A DNA stretch of 63,804 nt, filler included, from Candidatus Rokuibacteriota bacterium (GTDB lineage: Bacteria > JAUVQV01 > DATDCY01): assembly GCA_031406795.1 (NCBI GenBank). It is 5 parts of 5 records of this genome, joined end to end, with 100 filler letters (N's around TTAATTAATTAA, not from the genome) between each part and the next. Parts side by side here need not be neighbours in the genome. Positions count along the whole stretch, not along the records: positions 15,040 to 42,340 come from JANOHV010000177.1; 4 more parts are not named here. One strand, written 5' to 3'. The notes under the pieces are model-generated. The model was not told where the DNA came from, searched no databases, and worked only from the letters and a program-made list of their open reading frames with translations. Shown in pieces: positions 20,776 to 31,257 of the stretch (positions are counted from its first letter, which is position 1; every line of letters begins with the position of its first letter). The translations under genes and the position numbers were made by a program.

Positions 20776-22263
20776 TCACGAGCCCTGTTCATGGGTTCCC
20801 GGTCGTCCCGCGTCAGCGAGCCGCAGGGGAAGGCGCGCCGCGGACGCCGGTGTCTGCAAGAAACCGCGAACCCCGTCGGCGAGCGCTCCGGCCGCGTCCG
20901 ACAGACTGCTGCGCCCTTCGTTGTCGCGGTCCACGCTCACCTCGAGCAAGTCGAAATTGGACGTTTCCCGCACCACCGTCACGCAAACGCTGACCCGGCT
21001 CCCGGCCACGGGTACGCCGTCGCTGAACAGCGATTCCGCCCCGCCGCCGGCAACTCGCAGAACGATCCTGACGCCGACGAGCCCGGTCTCCCGGATGAAC
21101 GAGTCGATCAGCGCCGTGAGATCCGGGCGGCTGCCGGCTGCGGGGGCGCTGCGCCGGAAGAGGCGCGCCTGGTGCAGGACCCGGCGGCGCTCCCGGTTCA
21201 TGAAGAACGTCAACGCTTCCTCGCGGATGGATCCGCCGGACAGCATGTGGCGCGCGATCCGGTAGGCGATGCCGGCCGGGACGGTGAGCAGGGCCAGGAT
21301 CACCACAACCCCCGGAAGCCGCCGGTTGGCGAGATAAAGCACCAGCGCCAGCAGGACACAGTTGAGCACGACCAGGATGCCGAGCGCGGCCCGGCTCGAG
21401 TATCCGCGCCGCAGAAGCAGGTGGTGCAGGTGCTCCCGGTCCGCGAGCCCGAGCGGTTGGCCGCGATGATAGCGTCTGAGCACCGCATACGCCAGATCGG
21501 TCAGGGGGTGGCCGAAGACAATCAGCGCCAGCACCAGCGCCGCCATCGTCGTGGCCTTCGCGAACGTCAGCAGCGAGAAGGCCCCGAGCAGGAAACCGAC
21601 GCTCTGGCTGCCGCTGTCGCCCATGAAGATCCGGGCCGGCGGGAAGTTGTGGCGCAGAAAGCCCAGCAGCGCGCCGGCAAGCGCGACAATCGCCAGGGGA
21701 CCGAGGGAATCGGTGCCGGTGTACAGCAGCAGCATGCCGACGCAGATCGTGAGCCCGGTCGTGGCCGCGAGCCCGTCGATGCCGTCGATCAGGTTGTAGG
21801 CGTTGGTGATCACGACCAGCCAGAGCACGGTGAGCGGGAGTCCCAGCCACCCGAGCCGGAAGACCTCGCCGGCGGGATTGGTCAGCACCTCGATCCGCAA
21901 CCCGGAGAAGTAGACGACCGCCGCAGCCGCAATCTGCGCCGCGACCTTGACCCTGACGCTCGCCGAGCGCACATCGTCGTACGAGCCGACCACGAACATC
22001 AGCAGCGACCCGAACAGGATGCCGATCACGCGCGGGTTCTGCGCCGGGTCGCTGCCGAGCGCTAGAGCGGCGACGGTGATCGCCGCCCAGACGGGGTAGA
22101 TGCCCAGGCCGCCGAGGCGCGGCACGGCCCCCTGGTGCACGCGCCGGCCGCCGGCGTGGTCGACCGCGCCGACCCGCAGCGAGACGGCCCGCGCGCCGTG
22201 GACCGCGACGACGGTGAGCAGGGCCGCAGCGGCGAGAATCGCACCGAGAACGGGTCCGCTCAT
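20776..22263 (-). CDS. wecA: WecA/TagO-type undecaprenyl-phosphate GlcNAc-1-P transferase
   Basis: PRLGG, GSYDD, NAYNLIDGIDGLA, NFPPARIFMGDSG, DREHLHH. Confidence 0.9.
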   Translation of the reverse strand: MSGPVLGAILAAAALLTVVAVHGARAVSLRVGAVDHAGGRRVHQGAVPRLGGLGIYPVWAAITVAALALGSDPAQNPRVIGILFGSLLMFVVGSYDDVRSASVRVKVAAQIAAAAVVYFSGLRIEVLTNPAGEVFRLGWLGLPLTVLWLVVITNAYNLIDGIDGLAATTGLTICVGMLLLYTGTDSLGPLAIVALAGALLGFLRHNFPPARIFMGDSGSQSVGFLLGAFSLLTFAKATTMAALVLALIVFGHPLTDLAYAVLRRYHRGQPLGLADREHLHHLLLRRGYSSRAALGILVVLNCVLLALVLYLANRRLPGVVVILALLTVPAGIAYRIARHMLSGGSIREEALTFFMNRERRRVLHQARLFRRSAPAAGSRPDLTALIDSFIRETGLVGVRIVLRVAGGGAESLFSDGVPVAGSRVSVCVTVVRETSNFDLLEVSVDRDNEGRSSLSDAAGALADGVRGFLQTPASAARLPLRLADAGRPGTHEQGS

Positions 22264-23435
22264 CGCCCCAAGCCCCCGCCCTCCCCGTCCCCGGAGGCCC
22301 GCCCGCCGAGCCGCCAGCGAAAGTATCGCACATATTCCGCCACTCCCACCCGGTCCCGTCCCGACAGTTCCCGCAGATCCGCCGCGGAGGGCAGGATCGT
22401 CTTCGCGACGGCCGCGACCACCCGGCGCGGCGAGTCCAGGGCCAATCGGTGGACGAGGGCGTGCAGGAACCGGTCGCTCGCGCGTCGCCGACGCCCGGGA
22501 CGCAGGGCACCGGCCGTGGCCCGCGCCAGCAGGGCCGCCCGCAGTGAGCGCCTCGATGCGCACCCGGCGCGCTCCGGGGCCCGCGCTCCCCACAGCGCTC
22601 CAGCCTGCAGACCGACGATTTCCGCGACCAGCCGCAGCCCGACCGAAGCGAGCTGCTGTGTAAGGCGGTCCTGCTGCGTCTCCTGCCCCTGACGCTCGAA
22701 GGCCCAGACCAGATCGACCAGCGTCCGCAGGTCCATGCACCCGTGCAGGTGGTGGTGCATCAGCAGCAGCGTCATGCGCGGTAAGGGCAGCAACCGTCCT
22801 CGCAACCCCTCCAACTCGACGCCGGACCAGATCTGATCGGGTTCGAGGTTGAAGAAACCCGGGATGCTGAAATTCCAGTGGATTTCCACCGGGAGCTGGT
22901 GACCGGCACGCCGGTACACCGCATGGTGCAGGCGCCGCATCCAGAAGGAGAGTGGACGATCGTTGTCCCGCCGATACCCGGCCGCGGTCAGCGTAGCGTC
23001 GGCCGCCGGCACATCCGCCGCGCGCACCAGCAGGTCGACGTCGGCGCTGCTCCGGCAGTGGGGCTCGCCGAAGAGTTCCCGGGAAAGCGCCGAGCCTTTG
23101 AGGACGACCGACGGGAGGCCGGCCGTCTCCAGCACGGCGACGGCATCCCGCTCCTCGCACTCGGAGCAAAGCGCGTGCCGGATGTGTCGCTGTCGCAGCG
23201 GCCGCACGGCATTTTCGTACTCTCCGGTCACCAGCCCCGCGGGGAACAACGCGGTGTGCTCGCGCACCCGGCGATCGAGCAGCAGGAACATCCCGTGCCC
23301 GAAAGCCAGGGCCGCCGTCGCCCGCAGCTCCCCGCTCGTGCAGTCCCCGCACCCGCGCGGGGTTCCCGGCCGGATCAGCTCGAGGAAGAGCCGCTCCGCG
23401 CGCCTGGCATCGCCGCGCGCGCGGCTAGGAGCCAT
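22260..23435 (-). CDS. nucleotidyltransferase family protein (NTP_transf_5-like)
   Basis: VVLKGSAL...RSSADVDLLV...VEIHW. Confidence 0.85.
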   Translation of the reverse strand: MAPSRARGDARRAERLFLELIRPGTPRGCGDCTSGELRATAALAFGHGMFLLLDRRVREHTALFPAGLVTGEYENAVRPLRQRHIRHALCSECEERDAVAVLETAGLPSVVLKGSALSRELFGEPHCRSSADVDLLVRAADVPAADATLTAAGYRRDNDRPLSFWMRRLHHAVYRRAGHQLPVEIHWNFSIPGFFNLEPDQIWSGVELEGLRGRLLPLPRMTLLLMHHHLHGCMDLRTLVDLVWAFERQGQETQQDRLTQQLASVGLRLVAEIVGLQAGALWGARAPERAGCASRRSLRAALLARATAGALRPGRRRRASDRFLHALVHRLALDSPRRVVAAVAKTILPSAADLRELSGRDRVGVAEYVRYFRWRLGGRASGDGEGGGLGR

Positions 23436-24204
23436 CGCGACCTCCGCGCGCACTTGCGGAGAGTCGTCGGCGCAGAACCCGCAACAGAAAGAGCGGGTTG
23501 GACACCAGGTTCCTGCGCCAGAGCCGCCCCGGCTGGCGCAGCAGCCGCGGCAGCCACTCGAGCCCATGCTCCAGGAACCAGGGCGGCGAGCGGGGCACGT
23601 TCCCGGTGAAAAAGTCGAAAACGGCGCCGACCGGCCCGATGAGCTTCGCGTCGAGCTCGCCGCGGTGCGCGAGAATCCACAGCTCCTGCTTGGGCGCGGT
23701 CAGCCCGACCCAGAGGACATCCGGGCGGGCGGCATTGACCGACGCGACCATGTTCCGGCTTTCCTGCTCGCTGAACACCGCCGCGAATGGCGGGGAATAG
23801 CAGCCCGCCACCACGACGTCGGGGTATTCCAGCGCCATTCGCCGCCGGATGCATTGAAGATTTTCCGGGGTCGAACCGAGAAAGAAACACCGCCGCCCTC
23901 CCTCGGCACCAAGGCGCGCGTTGATCGCCCGGAAGAGATCCATCCCGGTGATCCGCTGACCGATTGCGCCCCCGAGCAGGCGCGACGCGACCACGATGCC
24001 GACCCCATCCGGGACGACGAAGTCGGCTTCGCCGATCGCGCGCGCGAACGACGGATCGCGTCGCGCCAGCTCGAGCGAATGCGGGTTGGCGCAGACGAAA
24101 TAGCGGCCGCGCTCACCCGCGGCCATCCAGCCCCGCGCGCGATCGACCAGGGTGTCGAGGGACTCGGTCGAGACGGAAAACCCGAGGATGCTCTCGTTCC
24201 CCAT
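23425..24204 (-). CDS. WecG/TagA/CpsF family glycosyltransferase
   Basis: ANPH, DGVGIV, RITGMDL, VGLTAPKQE, GAVFDF, GLEWLPRL. Confidence 0.92.
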   Translation of the reverse strand: MGNESILGFSVSTESLDTLVDRARGWMAAGERGRYFVCANPHSLELARRDPSFARAIGEADFVVPDGVGIVVASRLLGGAIGQRITGMDLFRAINARLGAEGGRRCFFLGSTPENLQCIRRRMALEYPDVVVAGCYSPPFAAVFSEQESRNMVASVNAARPDVLWVGLTAPKQELWILAHRGELDAKLIGPVGAVFDFFTGNVPRSPPWFLEHGLEWLPRLLRQPGRLWRRNLVSNPLFLLRVLRRRLSASARGGRDGS

Positions 24205-24209
24205 GGATT

Positions 24210-25385
24210 TCACGCGGGGGCGCCCGCGCAGACCTGCCGGTAGATCGTCATCAGCGACTCGAAATTCATCGACGCCGAGTACCGTTCCTCGAACACCGCG
24301 CGAGCGGCGCGGCCCATCTCGGCGCACTGCGCCGGATGGTCCGTCATCCATTCCAGAGCGGCGGCGAGGTCCGCGGGATCCCCGGGCGTGAAGAGCCGGC
24401 CGGTCCGCCCGTCCTCCACCAGTTCGGCCATCGCCCCCAGCCGCGAGGCCAGCACCGGCGTGCCGCACGCAAAGGCCTCGATGATAGCCAGCGGGAAGTT
24501 CTCGTAGCAAACGGAAGGTACGACGACGAACAGCGCGCGCCGCATCGCCTCAAGGCAGTAGGCCCGTTTCCGGGCCCCGGAAACAAGAATCCGCCCACCG
24601 CTTTGCGCGGCTTCCCGTTCGACGGCGCCTCGCATCGACCCGTCGCCGACGATCTCGAGCCTGAAGTCCCGATGACCGACCAGCGCCGCGGCCTCGAGCA
24701 GCACGGCAAGACCCTTCTCCGGCGTCAGTCGCCCCACGAACAGCGCCCCGGCCCCGGTGCCCTGTTTCGCCGGCGGAGGGGCGGCGAGAAAATTCGGTTT
24801 GACGCTGACGCGCTCGCGGGGCAGCCCGGCGGCAATGAAGCGTTCTCGGGCGAACCGCGACAACGCGATGAAGCGCGTCACGTCGCGCTGCCAGGTTCCC
24901 CGGGCGGCGTGCAGCCACTCGGCAGCCGCCACCGGGAGGGTTGCCAGACGCGAGCCGCGGAAGCACCCGTGCCGCACGCCGCGCCAGGGGGCTTTCCCGA
25001 TGCAGTCCTCACAGGGGCACCCGTCGCGCAGCAGCAGCGCGTTCGCGCAGAACATCCGGAAATTGTGCAGTGTCTGCACGACCGGTACGCCGGCATCGCG
25101 GCACGCGGCATAGGCCGCCGGGGATATCCGGTACCAGATGTTGTGCACGTGCGCCACGTCCGGCCGCTCGCGGCGCAGCACCGCGGCAATTTCGCGGCGC
25201 GCCCGCCGGGACCAGACGGTCTCGATCGCCGCTGCGAGCGAGCTGCCGATGTCGTCGTTCGTCCTCTCGTAGCGCACGACCTCGACGCCGTTGCGCGCCA
25301 ACAGATCCGCCTCGGCGTCGCAGACCGCGTCCTCCCCGGACGGGGCCGACGAGCGATAGCGGTTGTGGATGACGAGAACCTTCAC
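24210..25385 (-). CDS. GT4 glycosyltransferase
   Basis: HNRY..SGED, TLHNFR, FVGRLTPEKG, ENFPLAIIEA. Confidence 0.9.
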   Translation of the reverse strand: MKVLVIHNRYRSSAPSGEDAVCDAEADLLARNGVEVVRYERTNDDIGSSLAAAIETVWSRRARREIAAVLRRERPDVAHVHNIWYRISPAAYAACRDAGVPVVQTLHNFRMFCANALLLRDGCPCEDCIGKAPWRGVRHGCFRGSRLATLPVAAAEWLHAARGTWQRDVTRFIALSRFARERFIAAGLPRERVSVKPNFLAAPPPAKQGTGAGALFVGRLTPEKGLAVLLEAAALVGHRDFRLEIVGDGSMRGAVEREAAQSGGRILVSGARKRAYCLEAMRRALFVVVPSVCYENFPLAIIEAFACGTPVLASRLGAMAELVEDGRTGRLFTPGDPADLAAALEWMTDHPAQCAEMGRAARAVFEERYSASMNFESLMTIYRQVCAGAPA

Positions 25386-25407
25386 GCCAGCGCCTCGCGG
25401 CTCGCTG

Positions 25408-26469
25408 CTAACCGGTGATCCATGCCGCTCTCGCACCCAACCACGCTCCGGCTGCCCACCGGAGCGCCAGCGGCACGCCGAGCGCCACGACCAGCAGGGG
25501 AACCTGGGCCAAGAGGGGGTGGTCGGACACCACCGCGCCGAGAAGGTACTTCGACCACTGCAGCCACGGTTCGTGCAGCAGATAGATCGAGTATGAGCGC
25601 ACGCCGAGACCCGCGAGCAGGCCCCACCGCAAGCCGAAGTGCTCCCCGGGAATCGTGTTGACCGCAAGAAACACGAGGACGCCGAGCACCCCCACCGCGT
25701 GCCCCGGCAGGATTCTTCCGTAGCCGACGAACCCCGCGACCGCAATCGCTGCGACGACCCCGACCACGACCGCCGCCGGCACCCAGCCCGGTGTTGCGGT
25801 CGCTGGAGGCCCCGGGCGCGTGCGACGGCGGAAGAAGACACCGAGCAGGAAGAAGACCCCCCACTCGGCGTGGACGGTCCTGCGGAACAGCGCTTCGGCC
25901 AGATAGGTCGTCCGCAACCCGAGCGGGTCGTCGGGCAGACAGCCGTAGAACCAGAGCCCGCCGGCCCCGGCCAGCGTGAGCGCCGCCCGCACCGGCCTGT
26001 CGAGCGTCCAGGCAAGGACGGGGTAGAAGAGATAGAGTTTGATCAGGACCGACACGAAATAGAACGGGTAGGCGAAGCGTCCGTTCACGATCCCGACCAG
26101 GTAATCCGACGCCCGCCACGTCCCTCCGGCCACGCCGATCACGAAGAGTATCGTCGCCCACAGCAGATAGGGCGGAACGATCCTCTCGACGCGCCGGGCG
26201 AGGTAGCTGCGGTAGTCCGCCCAGGAAACGACGTCCTCCCGGCCGAGATAGTAGCCTGAGACGAGGAGGAACCAGGGAATCCAGATGTCGAGCGCCGGAC
26301 GGACCAAGAGGTGCAGCTCCGCGAAGCGGTGCTCCGGGGGGAAGGCGGACCATTCGGCCGTCGTGTGGGTCACCACGACCGCCAGGATGGCGAGCCCCCG
26401 CAGCGCGTCGTTGCCACGATGGCGCCCCGCGCCGGCAGCGTGGCAGTAGGCCGGCGTCGGTCCCCGCAT
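25408..26469 (-). CDS. acyltransferase family 3 (polysaccharide O-acyltransferase)
   Basis: DALRGLAILAVVVTH, FLLVSGY, RRVERIVPPY, SYSIYLLH; multi-TM. Confidence 0.87.
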   Translation of the reverse strand: MRGPTPAYCHAAGAGRHRGNDALRGLAILAVVVTHTTAEWSAFPPEHRFAELHLLVRPALDIWIPWFLLVSGYYLGREDVVSWADYRSYLARRVERIVPPYLLWATILFVIGVAGGTWRASDYLVGIVNGRFAYPFYFVSVLIKLYLFYPVLAWTLDRPVRAALTLAGAGGLWFYGCLPDDPLGLRTTYLAEALFRRTVHAEWGVFFLLGVFFRRRTRPGPPATATPGWVPAAVVVGVVAAIAVAGFVGYGRILPGHAVGVLGVLVFLAVNTIPGEHFGLRWGLLAGLGVRSYSIYLLHEPWLQWSKYLLGAVVSDHPLLAQVPLLVVALGVPLALRWAAGAWLGARAAWITG

Positions 26470-26548
26470 CACACCCACGAGCCGCACGCACCGGCCGCCC
26501 CCAGCAGATCGGCGCGCTCGACGACGAACGCTATATCGATCCTCGCGT

Positions 26549-27637
26549 TCACGTGAAAACCTCCTGCAGCTGCCGCTGCACTATCCGCTCCCAACGAAAG
26601 AGCGGGCGACACTCCCGCGCCCGGCGCGCGATCGCCGGCAGCTCGGCCCGACGCGCGCCGATGGCGCACATCAGATCGACCAGCTCCGATTCGGTGTCGA
26701 AGAAGAAGCCGTTTTCGCCGTGTCTGATGACGTCCTCGGCAACACCGACCCGGCGGCAGAGCACCAGCCTGCCAAGGAGAAGCGGTTCGACGATGCAATG
26801 GCCGAAGGTCTCGACGTTCGTCGCGACCACCGCATACTGGCAACCCCGGTAGCAGGAGAGGACCTCGCGCGGCGCAAGAAAACCGGGGAACTCCACGTGG
26901 TCCCCGAGACCGAGCCGCGCGGCCAGCGCCCGGCAGGCTTCGAGACGCTCGCCGCGGCCCGGCAGGACGAGGCGCGCATCGGTCTCGCCCGAACGCTCGC
27001 GGTAGCTCTTCAACGCCCTGACGAGCAGTTCCTGATTCTTGCCGCTCCGGAACTCTCCGGCGAAGATGATCCGCGGCGGCGCCTGGAAATCCGGTTCGGG
27101 GACATCCTGGTGGATCAGCTCCCCCTCCCCGATCGGGATGACGCTGATCCTGTCCGCCACGAATCCGAATCGCCGGGCCACGAAGGTCGACGGAGCGATC
27201 ACCCGGAACGCGCAGATCCTCAGGAGCGTCGCGATCATCGCCCGCGCCGCCACGGCACGCACCGGGTGGTTGTGCCGGTAGCCATGGATGGTGTAGACGA
27301 TCCGCGGCCGCCGCCCTCGCGCCGCGCCGGCGGCGGCCGTCAGCGCAAGTTGCCAGTTGGTGTGCGTCGAAACGTAGTCGGGCCGGTGCTGCGCGATCAC
27401 CGCCGCCAGGGCGCGCATGAGCCGGGCGCCCCCGCGGTGGTCGTCGAGACCCGGGATGGTCAGGTGGACGGCACCGGCGCGACGCAGGCGTTCGGCAAGC
27501 CCCGGATACTGCTCCTTCTCCCCGGACACGAACACCCACGCGGCGCCGCCGACCGCGAGTGACGCCTCGGCCTGGCTCACGAGCTGCCCGGTGACGCCGA
27601 TGCGATGTGAAGAGACGAACTGGATGATTTTCTTCAT
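26549..27637 (-). CDS. GT4 glycosyltransferase
   Basis: YTIHG, KNQELL, ETFGHCIVEP (Ex7E). Confidence 0.88.
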   Translation of the reverse strand: MKKIIQFVSSHRIGVTGQLVSQAEASLAVGGAAWVFVSGEKEQYPGLAERLRRAGAVHLTIPGLDDHRGGARLMRALAAVIAQHRPDYVSTHTNWQLALTAAAGAARGRRPRIVYTIHGYRHNHPVRAVAARAMIATLLRICAFRVIAPSTFVARRFGFVADRISVIPIGEGELIHQDVPEPDFQAPPRIIFAGEFRSGKNQELLVRALKSYRERSGETDARLVLPGRGERLEACRALAARLGLGDHVEFPGFLAPREVLSCYRGCQYAVVATNVETFGHCIVEPLLLGRLVLCRRVGVAEDVIRHGENGFFFDTESELVDLMCAIGARRAELPAIARRARECRPLFRWERIVQRQLQEVFT

Positions 27638-28803
27638 TGCGCACCGCCCGCGAGCCGGTCGAAGAACGACAGGGTGGCGTCGGCCACTCCTTCCCAGCTC
27701 AGCCTTGCGCTCGCCGTGAGCGCCGCGTCGCGCATCCGGTTGCGCAGCTCTGCCGAACGCACGAGATCGAGCAGCCGGGCGGCGATCGCCGCGCCGTCCC
27801 GCGGGGGAGACCAGAGGACCCCGAAGGCTTCATAGAATGCCCGCGCCTCCGCGACCCCCGCGGTGAGGACGGTGGGCAGACCGTGTCCCAGTGCGGCCAA
27901 TGCGCTCCCGCTGTTCGAACCCACCCCGCCGACGAACGGATAGACCGCGGCATCCGCGCAGTGCAGGCAGCGGGAGACCTCCTCGTGCGGCGGATCGCTG
28001 ACGATGCGCATCCACCCCTCGCGGACGGCGTCGGCGGAGCTCCGCCGGACCTCCCCCTGATACTTCTCGTTCGTGCCGTCGGCGCGGAAACCGCCAAGCG
28101 CCAGCAGGATCAGCGGGGCGCCCGATCGTCGCCGCGCCTCCGCCACGCCGGCAAGCAGGTATTCGAACCCTTTCACGCGACCGATCCCGCCGAAGAACGC
28201 GACGACGAAATCGCCCGGCGCAATCCCCCGCTCGCTCCGCCAGCGCTCCCGCAGTCCGGCATCGCATGGCACCGGGGTCACGTTGGAGCAGATCTGAATG
28301 AACGCCATTCGCCGCTCCCCGAGGCCGCCGTACCGGCGCAGCGGTTCGCGGTTGTGCTCGTCGACGTACACGACGCCCGAAGATGCCCGCAGCATGGGAA
28401 TGGTCCGCAGCCGGTAGAGCAGGGACTGCTCCCAGAACCCGTGCATCGTCGTCACCACGGTGCACCGCGGCACCGCGGCCCGCAGCGCGAGCGGCAGCAG
28501 GTTGACCATCAGGTTGCGTCGATACGCCGTGGGGCAGTTGTACTGGATGTCGACGATCGGCGCGGCCCCGGCGCCGACCCGCCGCACCACCCGGCCGATT
28601 TCCGGAATCGTCCAGCGCCGCAGAGCGCGCGTCACGGCCACACCGTCCCGCGGCGGCGCATCGCCGCCGGCGTGCTGTGTCGTCAGCACCTCGACCGCGA
28701 TCCCCCGTGCCGCCAACGCCGCGGCGAGATGCCAGGAATAATCGCCGACGCCGGTTGGCCGCGGCGGGTACTCGCCGGTGACGATGACGAACCGCCGGCT
28801 CAC
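27634..28803 (-). CDS. GT4 glycosyltransferase
   Basis: GEYPP..GVGDY, FFGGIGRVKG; GTG start overlaps the upstream stop. Confidence 0.85.
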   Translation of the reverse strand: MSRRFVIVTGEYPPRPTGVGDYSWHLAAALAARGIAVEVLTTQHAGGDAPPRDGVAVTRALRRWTIPEIGRVVRRVGAGAAPIVDIQYNCPTAYRRNLMVNLLPLALRAAVPRCTVVTTMHGFWEQSLLYRLRTIPMLRASSGVVYVDEHNREPLRRYGGLGERRMAFIQICSNVTPVPCDAGLRERWRSERGIAPGDFVVAFFGGIGRVKGFEYLLAGVAEARRRSGAPLILLALGGFRADGTNEKYQGEVRRSSADAVREGWMRIVSDPPHEEVSRCLHCADAAVYPFVGGVGSNSGSALAALGHGLPTVLTAGVAEARAFYEAFGVLWSPPRDGAAIAARLLDLVRSAELRNRMRDAALTASARLSWEGVADATLSFFDRLAGGAQ

Positions 28804-30125
28804 GGCCGTCCGCCGGGCCGTCCGGCGCCCCGGGGGCGCGGCGCGGCGGGATCGATGTTTGCGGGAGCGCTTCGCCATGTTGTCCGGGAAGGCCGGCCCG
28901 ATTGCGGAGCCTCGGCCGCCGTCGTGCTCTCCCTCGGCCCGCCGGCGTACGCCAGCCCGAGAATCGCGAAGTGCAGATTCCCGAAGAACGCCGGGTAGAG
29001 AATGATGTTGTCCGTCATCATGAAGATCCCTTGTATGACGAACGCCGAGGCGCCCGCCGTGAGCAGGACCTTGCCCTCGAGCGGGGAATGACGCGCGCGC
29101 CACAGGGCGTGCGCGATCTGCGCCAGACAGGTCATCGCGAAGACGATCGTGCCGAACCAGCCGTAGTCGAAGCGCAGACGCAGCCAATCGTTGTGCGGAT
29201 GCTCCAGGACGCCGCCGGTCAGCTTCCGGACGAACAGTTCAGACGCGTTCGCGCCGTGGCCCAGCAGCGGTCTGCGAGCGATCTCGAGTTCCATGCTTTG
29301 CCAGAGCGCGCTCCGGCCGAACGTCGCCAGGTTGGTATTGTCGAGCCTGAGGTCTTCGTACGTGCCTTTTCCGGAGTAGAACATCTTCCGCTGCACCCGC
29401 CCCGACGAAAAGACCGCGGCGCCGACAGCCGCGACGAGCACGGCCAGGACGACCCTCTTCGCGAACCGCAGCGGCGCCAAAGTCAGCGGAAACGACAATC
29501 CGGTCGCCACGATGCCGGTCCGCGTGACACCGATGATCGGAACCGCGAGCAGGGCGCACCACCACGCCAAAGCCGCTCGGTCGCCATAGACCCAGGCGGC
29601 GACGAAGACGCACGCCAGCAAAGCACCCGTCATGACCGGCGCGGCGAGGTTCGAGGTCGCGGGCAGATCGCCCGTCAGTAGAAGACCGGTCCGCGCGCCG
29701 ACCAGGAGCAGCAGACCGGCCGTCAGCAGTCGACAAAGACGCATGAAGGCCGCGATTTCGGCCTTTCCCGCCGCGTACTTGGAGATTGCGAGTCCCACCA
29801 CCAGCGGGCAGAGCATGATCAGGCAACGTTGGAACGCGTGAGCGAACGGCGCCGCCAGCAGCCAGCCGAGAACCGTGAGCGCCCAGGGAACCCAGAGCAG
29901 GATCGGGAAGCCGACACGGCCGCGTTTCATGAGCAGGGCGAACCCCGCGACGAGCAGGGGGATCACCCAGCCGTACCCGCTCAGGCTGAAGCCGAAGACC
30001 TGCCCGCCGACGCAGGCAACAAGCACCGAGCCGGCTACGACCAGGACGGGCGTCGGCAAGCGCGAAAAACCCCACCCTTCCCCGGAACCCGGTACCGCTG
30101 GCGGATCGAGATTTCGCTCACGCAT
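28800..30125 (-). CDS. Wzy polymerase / O-antigen ligase family membrane protein
   Basis: Multi-TM; TRTG, GRSALW, PLLGHG, HPHNDWLRL. Confidence 0.85.
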   Translation of the reverse strand: MRERNLDPPAVPGSGEGWGFSRLPTPVLVVAGSVLVACVGGQVFGFSLSGYGWVIPLLVAGFALLMKRGRVGFPILLWVPWALTVLGWLLAAPFAHAFQRCLIMLCPLVVGLAISKYAAGKAEIAAFMRLCRLLTAGLLLLVGARTGLLLTGDLPATSNLAAPVMTGALLACVFVAAWVYGDRAALAWWCALLAVPIIGVTRTGIVATGLSFPLTLAPLRFAKRVVLAVLVAAVGAAVFSSGRVQRKMFYSGKGTYEDLRLDNTNLATFGRSALWQSMELEIARRPLLGHGANASELFVRKLTGGVLEHPHNDWLRLRFDYGWFGTIVFAMTCLAQIAHALWRARHSPLEGKVLLTAGASAFVIQGIFMMTDNIILYPAFFGNLHFAILGLAYAGGPRESTTAAEAPQSGRPSRTTWRSAPANIDPAAPRPRGAGRPGGRP

Positions 30126-31257
30126 AGGCCGCCAGCACCGCTTCCCGGTATCGCGCCGGGCTGAACTCCCGCTGAACGCGCTCCCGCCCCGCGCGGCCCA
30201 TGCGCCGCGCCAGATCCCCGTCCCGAAGCAGGCGCACGATCGGCGCGACGTAGCCCTCGGCGGCGGCACCGTCGACCAGGATGCCCGTGACGCCATCCTG
30301 GACGACTTCGACCAGTCCACCTACTGCCGCGGCCACCACCGGCCGGCCCGCGGCCATCGCCTCGGCGCTCACCAGGCCGAATCCCTCGTACTGCGACGGC
30401 ACCATGACCAACTCAGTGGCCGCGTAAAGTTCCACCACCTCGTCGTGCGTCCTGCCGCCAGCCCAACGCACGCGCTGCGTCACGCCTCTTCTCCCGGCCT
30501 CTGCCCTGAGGAAGTCCTCGTCCGTCCCGTCCCCGACGATTAGCAGCAGCGCTTCCGGGACGAGCGCCAGGATAGCGGGAAGCGCGGCGATTGCCAGCGC
30601 CTGACCCTTTTCTTCGCGCAGCCGCCCGACAACCCCGATCACGCGATCGTCGCGGTCGATATCCAGCGACGCTCGGATTTTCTCACGCTCGGCGCGCTCC
30701 ACGCGCCGCGCGATCTCCTCGCCGGCGACGGCATTGTAGATCGTCGCGTGCCGCCCCGCAGCGCCGGGGTTTGCGGGATCGAACACCCTGCTCGAGCCGA
30801 ACCACGATGCCTCCACCGCGCGCGAGACGCAGAAGAACCGGGTGGTGAGCCCGCACGCCGCGCGGAGCAGCGCCTTCTGCCGCCAGCCGAATCTGCCGCC
30901 GGGCTGATGGACCGTCGCGAACACCCGCCGCACCCCCGCCGCGCGCGCGGCGAGCACCGGCACGAACCCCGGCGCGACGTACTGCACGTGCACCGCCCCG
31001 GGTCGCCATTCCCGCAGCAGTGACCGGAGTCGGGCGAACAGGGCGCGCAGTCCCGCCTCGCGCCGCAGACCGAGCAGGGTCACGGCGCAGCCGCCCCGGC
31101 GGAAGTTCTCGGCCATGGCCTCGTCGTATTCGTGATAGCAGCAGAGCCGCACCTGCCGCCCCGATTCGACCAGAACCCGCGCGAGCGCGAGGGTCTGCTG
31201 CTCGGTTCCCCAGTGCAGCAGGGTCGGCATCATGACGACAACGAGTTCGTCCGTCAT
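30118..31257 (-). CDS. GT4 glycosyltransferase
   Basis: VGRLREEKG, EGFGLVSAEAMAAG. Confidence 0.9.
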   Translation of the reverse strand: MTDELVVVMMPTLLHWGTEQQTLALARVLVESGRQVRLCCYHEYDEAMAENFRRGGCAVTLLGLRREAGLRALFARLRSLLREWRPGAVHVQYVAPGFVPVLAARAAGVRRVFATVHQPGGRFGWRQKALLRAACGLTTRFFCVSRAVEASWFGSSRVFDPANPGAAGRHATIYNAVAGEEIARRVERAEREKIRASLDIDRDDRVIGVVGRLREEKGQALAIAALPAILALVPEALLLIVGDGTDEDFLRAEAGRRGVTQRVRWAGGRTHDEVVELYAATELVMVPSQYEGFGLVSAEAMAAGRPVVAAAVGGLVEVVQDGVTGILVDGAAAEGYVAPIVRLLRDGDLARRMGRAGRERVQREFSPARYREAVLAAYA

